Below, piece by piece: positions 10,152-19,603 of a DNA stretch of 64,000 nucleotides. Numbering within the stretch: the stretch's first letter is position 1; every line of letters starts with the position of its first letter. Location of the stretch: positions 116,298 through 180,297 of the forward strand of contig JANQOU010000008.1 of the NCBI GenBank assembly GCA_028285585.1. The letters are read 5' to 3'. The notes beneath the pieces are model-generated. The model saw nothing but the letters and a program-made list of their open reading frames with translations, was not told where the DNA came from and ran no database searches. A program made the position numbers and the translations under genes. The DNA comes from Acidimicrobiia bacterium (lineage in GTDB: Bacteria; Actinomycetota; Acidimicrobiia; Spongiisociales; ZC4RG35).

Positions 10152-11147
10152 TCAGATGGGTTCTTCGTACCCGCTGTAGTCGGGCTCGATCACGGTGGGA
10201 TAGCGGTTGGGGATCGGTGTCCGCAGTGGATCATCCGGATTACCCAACGCGACATTCAGGAAGTTGTTTCGAACCAACAGGTACCGAGCTGGTTCGTGGC
10301 CCCTCGTGGTGTGCCGACGCCAGACGCCAAGAGGTGGGGTCAGCATGTCTCCCTCTCCCCACTCGATCAGATTCTCGTTGCCGTCCTCGTCCCAGACCCA
10401 GGTCCGGAAACGTCCGGACAATGCGTACAGAGCCTCCTCGGCCAGAGGCCGATGCGCTCGAGTTCGGCCACGACGCTCCATCTCGACGATGGAGAAGTCG
10501 AGCATGTAGTGACCGCCCATGCGATAGCGATTCATGTGAACCAGCTCGCCGTAGTCGGGTGCCGGGGCAAGCGGCTCGTTTGCCAGGTCGTGCAGCACAT
10601 TGGCGTCGATCCGCCCGTCCTCGAGCTCCTTGTGCCTGGTCCAATAGTCGGCCTCGTCGTCGTAGCGATCGTGGAATCTGAAGTCGTTCTCGTAGACGAA
10701 GTCCCGGCTGCCGAACAGTGTCCGCAACCAGCGAGTGTTCTTGAACGCCAACTGGAGGGTCGGGTTGTCGGGATCCCCGTTGAAGTGCTGATGCCAGGCG
10801 TTGGACGGGATGGAGATGATGTCCCCAGCCTTCCAGTCGACCCGCTGCACCTCTTTGTCGTCAGCCTGCTTCATCTCGGAATAGCCGTAGCCGTAGATGA
10901 CGAACAGAGCAGCCTCGTCGACATGACGGTGTCCCGGTTTGGTACCACCCGGCGCCATTTGAGAGAGATGAATGCCCAAGGTGGTGTTGCCGGCCAACTC
11001 ATCGAACGCTGCCGCCCGCGAGTTGCGCTTCGGCCGGGGGAAGAGGGGATGCTGCGCAAGATTGCGAGCCACGATGCCTTGCGGGAGTAGGAACTGCCGA
11101 CGCTCGTCGTATCGCATCCCGGGGGGAACAGGAGGGTGCTCACTCAT
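10152..11147 (-). CDS. Bicupin protein (paralogue with swapped cupin order)
   Basis: Cupin motifs GHRHVDEAALFVIYG...WHQHFN and AHRPLAEEALYALSG...WRRH. ATG 11147 preferred (GGAG upstream) over 11204. Confidence 0.75.
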   Translation of the reverse strand: MSEHPPVPPGMRYDERRQFLLPQGIVARNLAQHPLFPRPKRNSRAAAFDELAGNTTLGIHLSQMAPGGTKPGHRHVDEAALFVIYGYGYSEMKQADDKEVQRVDWKAGDIISIPSNAWHQHFNGDPDNPTLQLAFKNTRWLRTLFGSRDFVYENDFRFHDRYDDEADYWTRHKELEDGRIDANVLHDLANEPLAPAPDYGELVHMNRYRMGGHYMLDFSIVEMERRGRTRAHRPLAEEALYALSGRFRTWVWDEDGNENLIEWGEGDMLTPPLGVWRRHTTRGHEPARYLLVRNNFLNVALGNPDDPLRTPIPNRYPTVIEPDYSGYEEPI

Positions 11148-11182
11148 TTTCGTCACTCCAATCGGCCCACGTGCTTTGACTT

Positions 11183-11204
11183 GGTTACTGTATGCCGTAT
11201 ACAA
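11183..11204. promoter_or_regulatory. Operator-like site GGTTACTGTATGC + CGTATACAA (copy 5)
   Basis: Divergent intergenic region between bicupin (11147) and MFS (11258). Confidence 0.5.
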
Positions 11205-11257
11205 CCACTCTAGTACTGACCGCTACACCCTGTCGAGCGGGGATCGAGGGGACATTG

Positions 11258-12478
11258 ATGAGCGAGGACATCGAGAGCCAACGGAATGACACAGACCACT
11301 CTGCGACGTCGGACCAAAGAGGTTCGACTCCGCGGTGGTACTGGCTTGCCTACCTGACCGGAGGATTTGGTCTCGCCTTCAACGCTTCGATGACCTTTCT
11401 CCTTCCGCTGAGAGCATTCGACCTCGGCATCGACATAGCCCTCATAGGTCTTCTGCTGGGCACCAAGGGAGCGGTTGAGGCGTTTGTCTCGGTTCCGGTT
11501 GGCGGGATTGTGGATCGGATCGGGGCGCGTCGCTCCTTCATCATCGGGACACTGGTCTCGACTCTGCTGCTGACGCTGTATGCGGTAGCCACGTCTGTTG
11601 TTGCGCTGTTTGCGTTGCAGATCGCAGTGGGGATCTTCCGACCGATGGCCTGGGTCAGCTCACAGTCTTTCGTCGCCGGGCTTCGCACCGGTCCCGACCA
11701 AGCTCGCGATACGGGTCGTCTCAGCTTCTTCGCCACTGGATCGCAGATAGTTGCTCCACTTCTCGTCGGCTTCGTTGCGCAAGTGACCGACACCGGCACA
11801 GCCTTCTACGCCTTCGCCGCTTACTGCGCCGTGTTTGTGATTGTGGGATTGCTGGTACCCAAAGGCTCAGATTCCGGATCGAAGGTGTCGAAGAAGAGAC
11901 AAGGGCTCATGGCCGGCATCCGCCTGCTCGAGATCCGAGGGATCCGGGTGGTGATGTTCCTGACATTTGCCAGGCTTTGGACCACCACCGCGTTCGTAGC
12001 GTTCGTCCCCCTCTTGCTCGTATCAAACGGGACACCGGAGGGCTCGGCAGCGACCGTGGTTTCCGCCATGGCATTGATAGCCACCCTCATTTCTCCGACT
12101 TCGGGCCGCCTGGCCGAACGCATTCGAGTTGACGCCCTGGCGGCAATCGCATTGAGCTGCGGTGCAATCGGGCTCGCACTGGCACCTGTCTTCGACTCGA
12201 TCCCGGTCGCCTATACGGTCTCCTTCCTCGTCGGGATCGGCAACGGCCTGAGTCTCCCCACCCTCTTGGTGCTGGTGAGCAGGGCGGTTTCAAGTGAGAA
12301 CAGGGGCCTGGCGCTCGGGCTGCGAGCGGGAGTGAATCAGTTGGCGGCGGCGGTGGCCCCAATCTTGGTCGCATCGGTCATAGGGGTCTTCACTGTCGTG
12401 ACAGGTTTCCTGCTGGCAGCCGGGATTGGATTGGGCTTCGTTAGTTCGGCAGTGGTCACGGAGCGGCGGCGCCGATAG
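11258..12478 (+). CDS. MFS transporter
   Basis: About 12 TM segments. ATG 11258 preferred (GAGGGG upstream); the ORF-track start 11192 lies inside the operator-like site. Confidence 0.8.
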   Translation: MSEDIESQRNDTDHSATSDQRGSTPRWYWLAYLTGGFGLAFNASMTFLLPLRAFDLGIDIALIGLLLGTKGAVEAFVSVPVGGIVDRIGARRSFIIGTLVSTLLLTLYAVATSVVALFALQIAVGIFRPMAWVSSQSFVAGLRTGPDQARDTGRLSFFATGSQIVAPLLVGFVAQVTDTGTAFYAFAAYCAVFVIVGLLVPKGSDSGSKVSKKRQGLMAGIRLLEIRGIRVVMFLTFARLWTTTAFVAFVPLLLVSNGTPEGSAATVVSAMALIATLISPTSGRLAERIRVDALAAIALSCGAIGLALAPVFDSIPVAYTVSFLVGIGNGLSLPTLLVLVSRAVSSENRGLALGLRAGVNQLAAAVAPILVASVIGVFTVVTGFLLAAGIGLGFVSSAVVTERRRR

Positions 12479-14018
12479 CGCCACTCGGATAGAGACCTGA
12501 AACGATCTCGCCACGCAATCCCGGATAGCCGGCGAGGTACTCGGCCCGCTCGTTCTTGAGAGTCTCGACGATCGACAGGTACTCGGATTCGCGTCCAAGC
12601 TCTCGATATAGCAACCGCGGGTCGAGAAGTCTCGGGTCGCCGATGCCTGGCACACTCACAGCTCGGTCGTAACCGAAGTCGTCGTCACTCCTCCACTCGA
12701 TCCGACCAGAGACCAGGCCTTCGACGATGGCCGACGTGGCCGGTATGTCGACCTTCTTCGACCCTTCAACTTCTCTCTTGCCGCCGATTCGGCCGGTATT
12801 GAGCACATACACACCGACCTCCCAATCGAGCGATCTGAGAAGATCATCGAGTCGGTTGGCCTGCAACGCATCGTCGTCGAAGAAGAAGGGGTTCGTTCCT
12901 GGCACACGGAGGCTCTTGCCTCTTTCAGCTGTGCCACCCGCGGAGGTACCTGTCGTTTCGCCCAACATGAAGTAGGCCGCCACCTGCTCCTGGTCGAGAC
13001 GAGCGACAGCCGGAATGATGTGCTCACTGCGATTGAGCAGCAGGATGTGACGTAGCCGAGGTACCGAATCCAGGCGGTGATGATCGATCTTCGAGAGCGA
13101 AAACGTCCCCCGCCCGTTCCTGGTGTGCTCAGCGTTGAAGAAGTCGACCGCACCGTCAGGTTCGACGTGAACGTTTTCTAGCCAAGCGTCAGGATGGGCA
13201 ACTCCGCCAAAGATGGTGGGCTCAGCGTCGTGGCTCAGGCCGTAGGTCTTGGCGAAACAGCCGTTTTCTGTGGTGAGGATCTTCCCTCCGGGCAAGAGCC
13301 CGACGAAGTCGTCCTGAACCGGGAGCGAGTCGAGGTGCCGGGCAAACGTGGTGGTGGTCTTGCCCGTGCCGGAGAGACCAATGATGAGTACCGAGTGATC
13401 TTCACCGTCGGGCGTGGAGGAGGCTGGGATGACTTTCAACCCGGCGTGAAGACCGAGCCCGCCTCTCTGGTAGATGAGGTGGTTCCACATTCTCAGCCCA
13501 CCCATCTTTGACTCTCCGAAATAGTCCGACCCGAAGACCCTGGTAATGCCTCGGTCGAGGTCGACGATGATGAGACAGTCGTTGGGCTTGCCTTCCGCCT
13601 TGAGCGTCGGTGTGTAGATGACGGTGAGGTCCTCCGACCATGATTCATCTGGCGGGAAGTAGAGCTGGGTCTGCATCGCTGCGATGTTGGGCTGGGTCGC
13701 TTCGATGACAAGCCGACTGCCCACCCGATCCGGCCCCGGCGGGCCGATGAATCCCTCGACAACGATCACCTCGGAGCCACGCAGGTGCTCGTCCTGGCGT
13801 CGCGCCCAATCCGCTGCCTCGACAGAAGAGATCCGGTTCTGGTGTATCTCGACATCTGAGACGAAGAAAGTCGAACTGGCCAACCGAGAAGTGATTCGGG
13901 CCGTGTAGTTGAGGTTGTTGAACTGGGTTTGGGCCAGGTTCGGCATCACTGCCAAAGCTTGGTTACGGAACCAGTCCTGGTCGGGATTGGTGTGTTGGGT
14001 ACTCCAAGTCATTCGCAT
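12456..14018 (-). CDS. Divergent ATP-type PEP-carboxykinase-fold protein
   Basis: Kinase-1a block IIGLSGTGKTT, GSDYFGESKMGG and VLNTGRIGG resemble PckA, but the DDEHGW and GRSPKDK-type blocks are altered. Start at ATG 14018/14012; the 80-aa N-terminal extension in the ORF track overlaps the upstream gene and looks non-coding. Confidence 0.7.
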   Translation of the reverse strand: MRMTWSTQHTNPDQDWFRNQALAVMPNLAQTQFNNLNYTARITSRLASSTFFVSDVEIHQNRISSVEAADWARRQDEHLRGSEVIVVEGFIGPPGPDRVGSRLVIEATQPNIAAMQTQLYFPPDESWSEDLTVIYTPTLKAEGKPNDCLIIVDLDRGITRVFGSDYFGESKMGGLRMWNHLIYQRGGLGLHAGLKVIPASSTPDGEDHSVLIIGLSGTGKTTTTFARHLDSLPVQDDFVGLLPGGKILTTENGCFAKTYGLSHDAEPTIFGGVAHPDAWLENVHVEPDGAVDFFNAEHTRNGRGTFSLSKIDHHRLDSVPRLRHILLLNRSEHIIPAVARLDQEQVAAYFMLGETTGTSAGGTAERGKSLRVPGTNPFFFDDDALQANRLDDLLRSLDWEVGVYVLNTGRIGGKREVEGSKKVDIPATSAIVEGLVSGRIEWRSDDDFGYDRAVSVPGIGDPRLLDPRLLYRELGRESEYLSIVETLKNERAEYLAGYPGLRGEIVSGLYPSGAIGAAAP

Positions 14019-14027
14019 ACAGTATAC
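14015..14027. promoter_or_regulatory. Operator-like site GCATACAGTATAC (copy 6)
   Basis: Overlaps the start codon region of the PEPCK-like gene, in the 61-nt gap after the zincin-like gene. Confidence 0.45.
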
Positions 14028-14079
14028 AATGCAGAAGACGTCCCAGTGCGGACGGCTCGCAGATCCCACCTGGAGGACG

Positions 14080-14973
14080 TCAGAACTCCATCGACATCCC
14101 TTCGTAGATGTCGTCGTAGTAGAAGCCACCGCCTTCGTAGTCGAGGTTGTAGGCCCGTGATCCGTCCTCTGCCTCCGTGTAGATGAACGGTGACTTGTGG
14201 AGCCGTTCGTAGTGATAGCGACCCTCCGGGCCCGACTCGATCTCGGTGCCGCTCCCATAGAACATCAGGCCACCATCGGCCAAGACCTCATGCTGAGGAT
14301 CGATGTCCCGGTACTCATGACTGACGTTGAGCAGCTTGTGGCCAAGCTCATGTGCGATCGTCTTCCAAGAGTTCTCGGTTCGAGTCAGGTTGGTGATGGT
14401 GATCACCCCCCGGAGCGGGCGAGGGATGGTGTCACCGTGCATGTAGCCGGGGAAAGACAACCCTCCGGTCTCGATCACCTGCGGCTGATAGACCCGTCCT
14501 TCCACCACGGGCTCGTAGTAGTCCATGAACACGGCCTGGAGGGTGACGACATGGACCACGAGATCGCTTCCTGGCTCGTCACCGATCATCGACTCGAAAG
14601 CCTCCTGAGCCTCATCGGAGATCACTGCCGGATGCTGCTCAGCCTGCACGTACATGTTGGAGAACCGGCCCATCGGCAGGTCTCTCCCCCGCTTCGACGC
14701 CTTGATGGCGAAGTGCGAAGGCGAGAGCCAGCCGGTATCGAACTTCGTCAGCTTGAGCTGCACATCCGCTGCCGCAAAGACCTCCTTGGCCCGTGCGAAG
14801 CCTTCGAGAAGAAGCTCGACATTCACCGTCGAGTGGTGTCTCTCGTCGAGGTTGTTTGGGTAGTAGAGCGCGACATCGACAGTCTTCCGACCCGACACGA
14901 GATCGGCGTTGATGGCTTCCACGTCTACGTCAGGGTGGGCAGCCCACTTTCTGGTGGCGTCATCAGCGGCCAT
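14080..14973 (-). CDS. Zincin-like metallopeptidase-motif protein (HEXXH)
   Basis: IAHELGHKLLNVSHE motif near the C-terminus; no signal peptide seen; otherwise no family recognised. Confidence 0.5.
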   Translation of the reverse strand: MAADDATRKWAAHPDVDVEAINADLVSGRKTVDVALYYPNNLDERHHSTVNVELLLEGFARAKEVFAAADVQLKLTKFDTGWLSPSHFAIKASKRGRDLPMGRFSNMYVQAEQHPAVISDEAQEAFESMIGDEPGSDLVVHVVTLQAVFMDYYEPVVEGRVYQPQVIETGGLSFPGYMHGDTIPRPLRGVITITNLTRTENSWKTIAHELGHKLLNVSHEYRDIDPQHEVLADGGLMFYGSGTEIESGPEGRYHYERLHKSPFIYTEAEDGSRAYNLDYEGGGFYYDDIYEGMSMEF

Positions 14974-14975
14974 GG

Positions 14976-15524
14976 TTAGCCCGCTTCGACTGGATCCCGG
15001 CCCGCCACCTGGCGTGCGTACTGACGCGCCGCGTGATCGGGGTCAAGGTCCTTGTAATAGAAGGGCTCACCTTCGGCGGCCGCGTTCTCCATCATCACCT
15101 TCGCCTCGCCGATCCCTGCGGCCATCTCCTCGTATGACTCGGTGCCGGACTTGACGATCAGGATGACGGCCGGCTCGTCGAACGGCGTCTCGAAGCCTGT
15201 CGGCACGCCACCCGGGAAGTGGAAGAGATCGTTCTGGTTGATGACGGTTCGCACTTCCTCGCCGTCCTCGTGTGTGCAGAACACCCACCGCCCGGAGACG
15301 GTGTAGATGATGCTCTCGGTCTCGTGGGGATGGGCATCGCAGTACTGGCCAGGGTGCATGACGATGACGTGTGACCGGATCTTCTGGCCGGTCAAGAGGG
15401 GAACCATGGTGCCCTCCACGGTGTCGATGCCCGGCTGGTCATCGATATTGCGCAGAACCCGGCATTCGCCGATGGGCTCGAGATTGACGGGAGCGAGCCC
15501 GTTCGAGTTGCTTTCAGTACTCAT
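14976..15524 (-). CDS. Cupin-domain protein
   Basis: Single cupin: HPGQYCDAHPHETESIIYTVSG...FHFPGGVP. Confidence 0.7.
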   Translation of the reverse strand: MSTESNSNGLAPVNLEPIGECRVLRNIDDQPGIDTVEGTMVPLLTGQKIRSHVIVMHPGQYCDAHPHETESIIYTVSGRWVFCTHEDGEEVRTVINQNDLFHFPGGVPTGFETPFDEPAVILIVKSGTESYEEMAAGIGEAKVMMENAAAEGEPFYYKDLDPDHAARQYARQVAGRDPVEAG

Positions 15525-15535
15525 AATCTTTCCTT

Positions 15536-15994
15536 TCAGTTGTTGGTTGACACGTTTGGCGGGAACCCGACATCACCCACGCGGCCCATGACGTCGGGCG
15601 CGTCGATGACCACTCGACCTTTGTCGATGGCCTCCTGCTTGAGTGAGTCGAGGTTGATGTTCGGTGGTGGCGGCGAGAAGCTCAGGACGAACGTTGCGGG
15701 TGATTGGGTCCGGTTGGCGACACCAAACGGGGTCCCACGCGGGATGTGCAGAGCATCACCCGCTGACAAGGCGATCTCCTCCTCGCCGCACTCGGCCTGA
15801 AGCGAGCCCTCGACCATGAACAGCGACAGCTCAAACAGCTTCGCTTCCTCGGCATCAGGCGGCATCACACCACCCGCCGGGACATGTGCGACGTAGGTGA
15901 ACAGCTCTTCACCGGCCACGAGAGGGCGATAGAAGTACTCGTCGTCGGCGTGTTGGTAAGCCTCGACGTCGGTGAATCTGCGCTTCATTGACAA
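15536..15994 (-). CDS. Cupin-domain protein
   Basis: Single cupin-like barrel (HVPAGG...GDALHIPRGTPFG). Confidence 0.65.
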   Translation of the reverse strand: MSMKRRFTDVEAYQHADDEYFYRPLVAGEELFTYVAHVPAGGVMPPDAEEAKLFELSLFMVEGSLQAECGEEEIALSAGDALHIPRGTPFGVANRTQSPATFVLSFSPPPPNINLDSLKQEAIDKGRVVIDAPDVMGRVGDVGFPPNVSTNN

Positions 15995-16014
15995 CTCCTT
16001 TCAAAGATGAACAG

Positions 16015-16875
16015 CTAGAGGCGGGGGTTGATCCGCTCTTCCATCGCAAAGGCGATCAGAGCGAAGCCGAGAGAAGCGAGGAGGATCATGATCCCGGGCG
16101 GCAGCACCCACCACTTCCACGCAGGGGTCAGAAACGCACCCCTGGACTGCGCCCAGAACAGAATCGAGCCCCAGCTCTTCTGAATGGGATCCCCCAGACC
16201 GAGGAAGCTCAAGGCAGCCTCCAGAAGGATCGCTCCCGACACCGCCCGGACGAACGTGCCGGTGGCGAGCAACGCGGTTCGGGGAAGGACGTGACGCATG
16301 ATCGCCCACCTGTCAGGGGCACCCATCGTCTGTGAGGCCAGGACGTACTCGCGCGATCGAAGAGACAGCACCTGGGATCGGATGATCCGTGCCGGACCGG
16401 CCCAGATGAGGACGCCGATCACAACGATGGTGTTGATCAAGCTTCGCCCTAGGTAGGCCGCAAGCACGATCAGCAGCGGGAGAAACGGCAGGATCAACAC
16501 GACATCGACCGTCCTCATCAGGATGGCGCCCAGCCGCTTCGGGTAGTAGCCGGCCAAGACACCGACCGAAGTCCCGATGAGGAGGGCGACCAATGCTGCG
16601 ACCACGCCGACCGTCAGAGAGACCCTGCTCCCGAACACCAGCTCGCTGAACAAGTCCTGACCGACGTCGTTTGTGCCGAGCCAATGTGCTGCGCTTGGCG
16701 GCTGAAACGGCGTGCCCACGCGCTCGGTCGGGTCGTATGGAGCTATCCAGGGGGCGAAGACGGCCATGACGACCAGCAGCACCACGATGATCAGCCCGGT
16801 GAGGCCCAGCCGGTCCGCGACGGAAACTCGACGGCGTCTGCGCGTGGTGGGAATCGACTGCTCTGCGGCGCTCAT
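16015..16875 (-). CDS. ABC transporter permease (DppC/OppC type)
   Basis: Typical N-terminal OppC motif and EAA-loop region; 4-nt overlap with upstream permease. Confidence 0.9.
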   Translation of the reverse strand: MSAAEQSIPTTRRRRRVSVADRLGLTGLIIVVLLVVMAVFAPWIAPYDPTERVGTPFQPPSAAHWLGTNDVGQDLFSELVFGSRVSLTVGVVAALVALLIGTSVGVLAGYYPKRLGAILMRTVDVVLILPFLPLLIVLAAYLGRSLINTIVVIGVLIWAGPARIIRSQVLSLRSREYVLASQTMGAPDRWAIMRHVLPRTALLATGTFVRAVSGAILLEAALSFLGLGDPIQKSWGSILFWAQSRGAFLTPAWKWWVLPPGIMILLASLGFALIAFAMEERINPRL

Positions 16876-17843
16876 TCTTCCTGGCTCCGTGGGTCGAGAA
16901 TCGGGTAGATGATGTCGGCGAACAGGTTCGCCACCAGCACGGCGATCGTGATGACCAGGAATGCCGCCTGCATCACGGGGTAGTCACGGCCTGACACTGC
17001 CTCGAAAATGAGCCGGCCCAATCCTGGATAGGAGAAGACCGTCTCGATGATGACGGCACCGCCAAAAGAGAACGCGAACCTGATCGCCAGGAAAGTGACG
17101 ACAGGGGCCATCGCGTTGCGGGCCACATGACCAAACAAGACCCGGCGCTCCGAGGCGCCCTTGGCCCGGGCGGTTCTGATGAAGTCCTCCCCGAGCACCT
17201 CGAGCATCGCGTATCGCATCGTCAGATAGACACCCGGAATCGACAACACGGTGAGAGTGACTGTCGGGAGAACGGCGTGCTCGACTACATCTCCGACCTG
17301 AGCCCAACCGGTCAGATCTGACGCCGGGGTGACCGCGCCAAACGACGGCAGCCACCCGAGCTGGACGGAGAAGATCGAGATCAACAGCATCCCCAGCCAG
17401 AACGACGGCAGCGACTCGAGTGAGATCATCCCCGTTAGCAGGGTCAGATCGCTCTTCTTGCCCCGCCGCCACGCCGAGAAAGCGCCGACGATGATGCCGA
17501 CAACTGCCGACACCACCAGGGCAGCGCCGGTGATCAGCAGCGTCCAGGGGAGCCGCTCGGCGATGATCTCGCTGATGGGCCGGCTCGACCGATAGGAGAA
17601 CCCGAAGTCACCGGTCAGGATCGATTTCCAGTACTCGAAGTACTGGACGATCAGGGGCCGGTTCAGCCCAACCTGCTCGATCAGCTCGGCACGTTCGTCC
17701 GGCGTCATCAGGCCAACGTCGACACCCGCTATCAGTGCCAACGGGTTCCCCGGCATGATCCGGGGCAGCAGGAAATTCAGCGTGACGGCGACTCCAAAGA
17801 CCAGCACGTACTGGCCGAGTCTTCGCAGTCCGAGTCGTCTCAT
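16872..17843 (-). CDS. ABC transporter permease (DppB/OppB type)
   Basis: Family-typical sequence (LPRIMPGNP..., DFIRTARAKG). Confidence 0.9.
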   Translation of the reverse strand: MRRLGLRRLGQYVLVFGVAVTLNFLLPRIMPGNPLALIAGVDVGLMTPDERAELIEQVGLNRPLIVQYFEYWKSILTGDFGFSYRSSRPISEIIAERLPWTLLITGAALVVSAVVGIIVGAFSAWRRGKKSDLTLLTGMISLESLPSFWLGMLLISIFSVQLGWLPSFGAVTPASDLTGWAQVGDVVEHAVLPTVTLTVLSIPGVYLTMRYAMLEVLGEDFIRTARAKGASERRVLFGHVARNAMAPVVTFLAIRFAFSFGGAVIIETVFSYPGLGRLIFEAVSGRDYPVMQAAFLVITIAVLVANLFADIIYPILDPRSQEE

Positions 17844-17908
17844 CGGTCGTCTTCCGGTCTAGGAGGAGGGTGGGGATGCCCGAAGGCACCCCCACCAACT
17901 CTCGCCCT

Positions 17909-19603
17909 CTATGGACGAGCGCTCGCCGGCAGCAAGGACAGCTTGTTGACTATCCCCTGGCCTGCGATGAACTCCCAATCTGCGTAGACGTCGGAGTTGT
18001 ACACGTAGGCACCATCCGGGTACGCCAGCATGATGAACGGAAGGTTCTCCGCCATCAGTGCCTGGATGTCCCCGATGATGTCGGCCGCCACAGCGGAGTC
18101 GGCCTCCACCTGAAGCTGCGCCGACAAAGTGTTGATCTCCTCGTTGTCGAACCCGGTCAGGTTCAAGAAGCCAACACCCGGATCACCATGGACCAGCTGG
18201 GCAATCCGAATCGTGTTCGCCTGAACCGGTGCAGACCAGCCCCACATCGCCAGGTCGTAGTTGCGACCGTTGTTGATGTCGAAGCCAGGCCACACGGCCT
18301 CTTCCCAAGTCGCGGTCTCAACCGAGGCCACTGTCGCCTCGATTCCGACGTTCCCCAGCATCTCAGCCACCAGCTCGGCGAGCCTGAGCCGGAGAGAGTC
18401 GCTTGAGTTCACGATCAGCTCGAAAGACATCGGGCCATCGGCGAACTCGCGGATCCCGTCACCATCGGTGTCGGCATAGCCGGCTTCGTCCAGCAGGGCG
18501 TTCGCCGCATCGGGATCGAACACAGGCGTCACGTCGGGGTTGTAGACCGTCTTGCCGGGATGCACCCAACCGGGGCTGCCAACCGTCGCCGCACCGAGGA
18601 ACACGGTGTCGACCAGGTCCTGGCCGTCAATGGCCAGATCCATTGCCTGACGAACTGCAACGTCATCGAACGGAGCCTTCGTCACGTCGAAGTTGACCAT
18701 CTGCGTCGTGAACTCGGGGCCCTGCGAGATGTCAAGGGGATCTTGAGCGTCGAGCAGCTCGATCTGCTCAGGGCTGATCCTCTCGAAGATCACATCCACT
18801 TCGCCGGAGCGAATGGCGGCATTGGCACCCGCGTCGTCGGCAAAGACGACCACAACGAGCTCATCCACCGGAGACGCTCCGAGGAAGTAGTCCGAGTTCG
18901 CCTCGAACCGGTAGCTCTGATCAGGTGTGTAATCGACCAGTTTGAACGGGCCGGACCCGACGTTGGTAGCGATCTCGAAAGCGATGTCGCCCGGATTCTC
19001 GATGTCCTGCCACACGTGCTGCGGGATGATCGGGACGTCGGCCAGCGCCACCTGGTCGAACGCGGGGTTGGGCGCGCCCAGGCCGATGGTGACAGTGTTT
19101 CCGTCGACTGTGATTGACTCAACGCCTCTGAGATCACGGGAGAAGCGACCTGTCGCCCACTCGATGAAGTAGTCGTACGAGAACTTCACATCGTCGGCGG
19201 TCAGCGCCTCGCCGTCGTGCCAGGCAACGCCTTCCTTGATCTCGAGAACCCACTCTGTGAGGTCCGCGTTCGCCGTCACGCTGTCAGCCAGCCAGGGCTG
19301 AGGAATGCCATCGGAATCAATCTGCATGATCGAGTCGTACTGCATCATCAACAGGTTCCATCCGGGGAACCCGCTGATGTAGGTGTACGGGTTGATGGTG
19401 TCCTCGTCGCCCGTGATCGCCGCACGCACGGTCACCGGCTCAGCCGGCGGTGCGGTGGTGTCAGGCGACGGGCTGTCCGTCGTCTCCGTCCCACCACTGG
19501 TGTCCGGGACGGTCGTGCCCTCGGAGCCGGTGCCACTGCAAGCGCCGATCACCAGCGCAAACGCAACGGCCAGCACCCAGAGCCTGGATCGTCTGGTACT
19601 CAT
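17909..19603 (-). CDS. ABC transporter substrate-binding lipoprotein, family 5 (peptide/nickel/opine type)
   Basis: 564 aa, lipobox VIGACSG, family-5 SBP architecture. Confidence 0.85.
   Translation of the reverse strand: MSTRRSRLWVLAVAFALVIGACSGTGSEGTTVPDTSGGTETTDSPSPDTTAPPAEPVTVRAAITGDEDTINPYTYISGFPGWNLLMMQYDSIMQIDSDGIPQPWLADSVTANADLTEWVLEIKEGVAWHDGEALTADDVKFSYDYFIEWATGRFSRDLRGVESITVDGNTVTIGLGAPNPAFDQVALADVPIIPQHVWQDIENPGDIAFEIATNVGSGPFKLVDYTPDQSYRFEANSDYFLGASPVDELVVVVFADDAGANAAIRSGEVDVIFERISPEQIELLDAQDPLDISQGPEFTTQMVNFDVTKAPFDDVAVRQAMDLAIDGQDLVDTVFLGAATVGSPGWVHPGKTVYNPDVTPVFDPDAANALLDEAGYADTDGDGIREFADGPMSFELIVNSSDSLRLRLAELVAEMLGNVGIEATVASVETATWEEAVWPGFDINNGRNYDLAMWGWSAPVQANTIRIAQLVHGDPGVGFLNLTGFDNEEINTLSAQLQVEADSAVAADIIGDIQALMAENLPFIMLAYPDGAYVYNSDVYADWEFIAGQGIVNKLSLLPASARP

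Noticed and set aside
10149-11090. 313-aa + strand ORF, plus similar long antisense ORFs at 19717..20751, 43492..44427, 58356..59354 and 58706..59674
   Set aside because: Each is antisense or out of frame to a gene with strong family motifs, and none has a recognisable motif of its own.
14019-14258. 80-aa N-terminal extension of the PEPCK-like ORF
   Set aside because: It is Arg/Ser/Thr-rich low-complexity sequence. It overlaps the 3' end of the upstream gene. PEPCK-like similarity begins after Met81/Met83.
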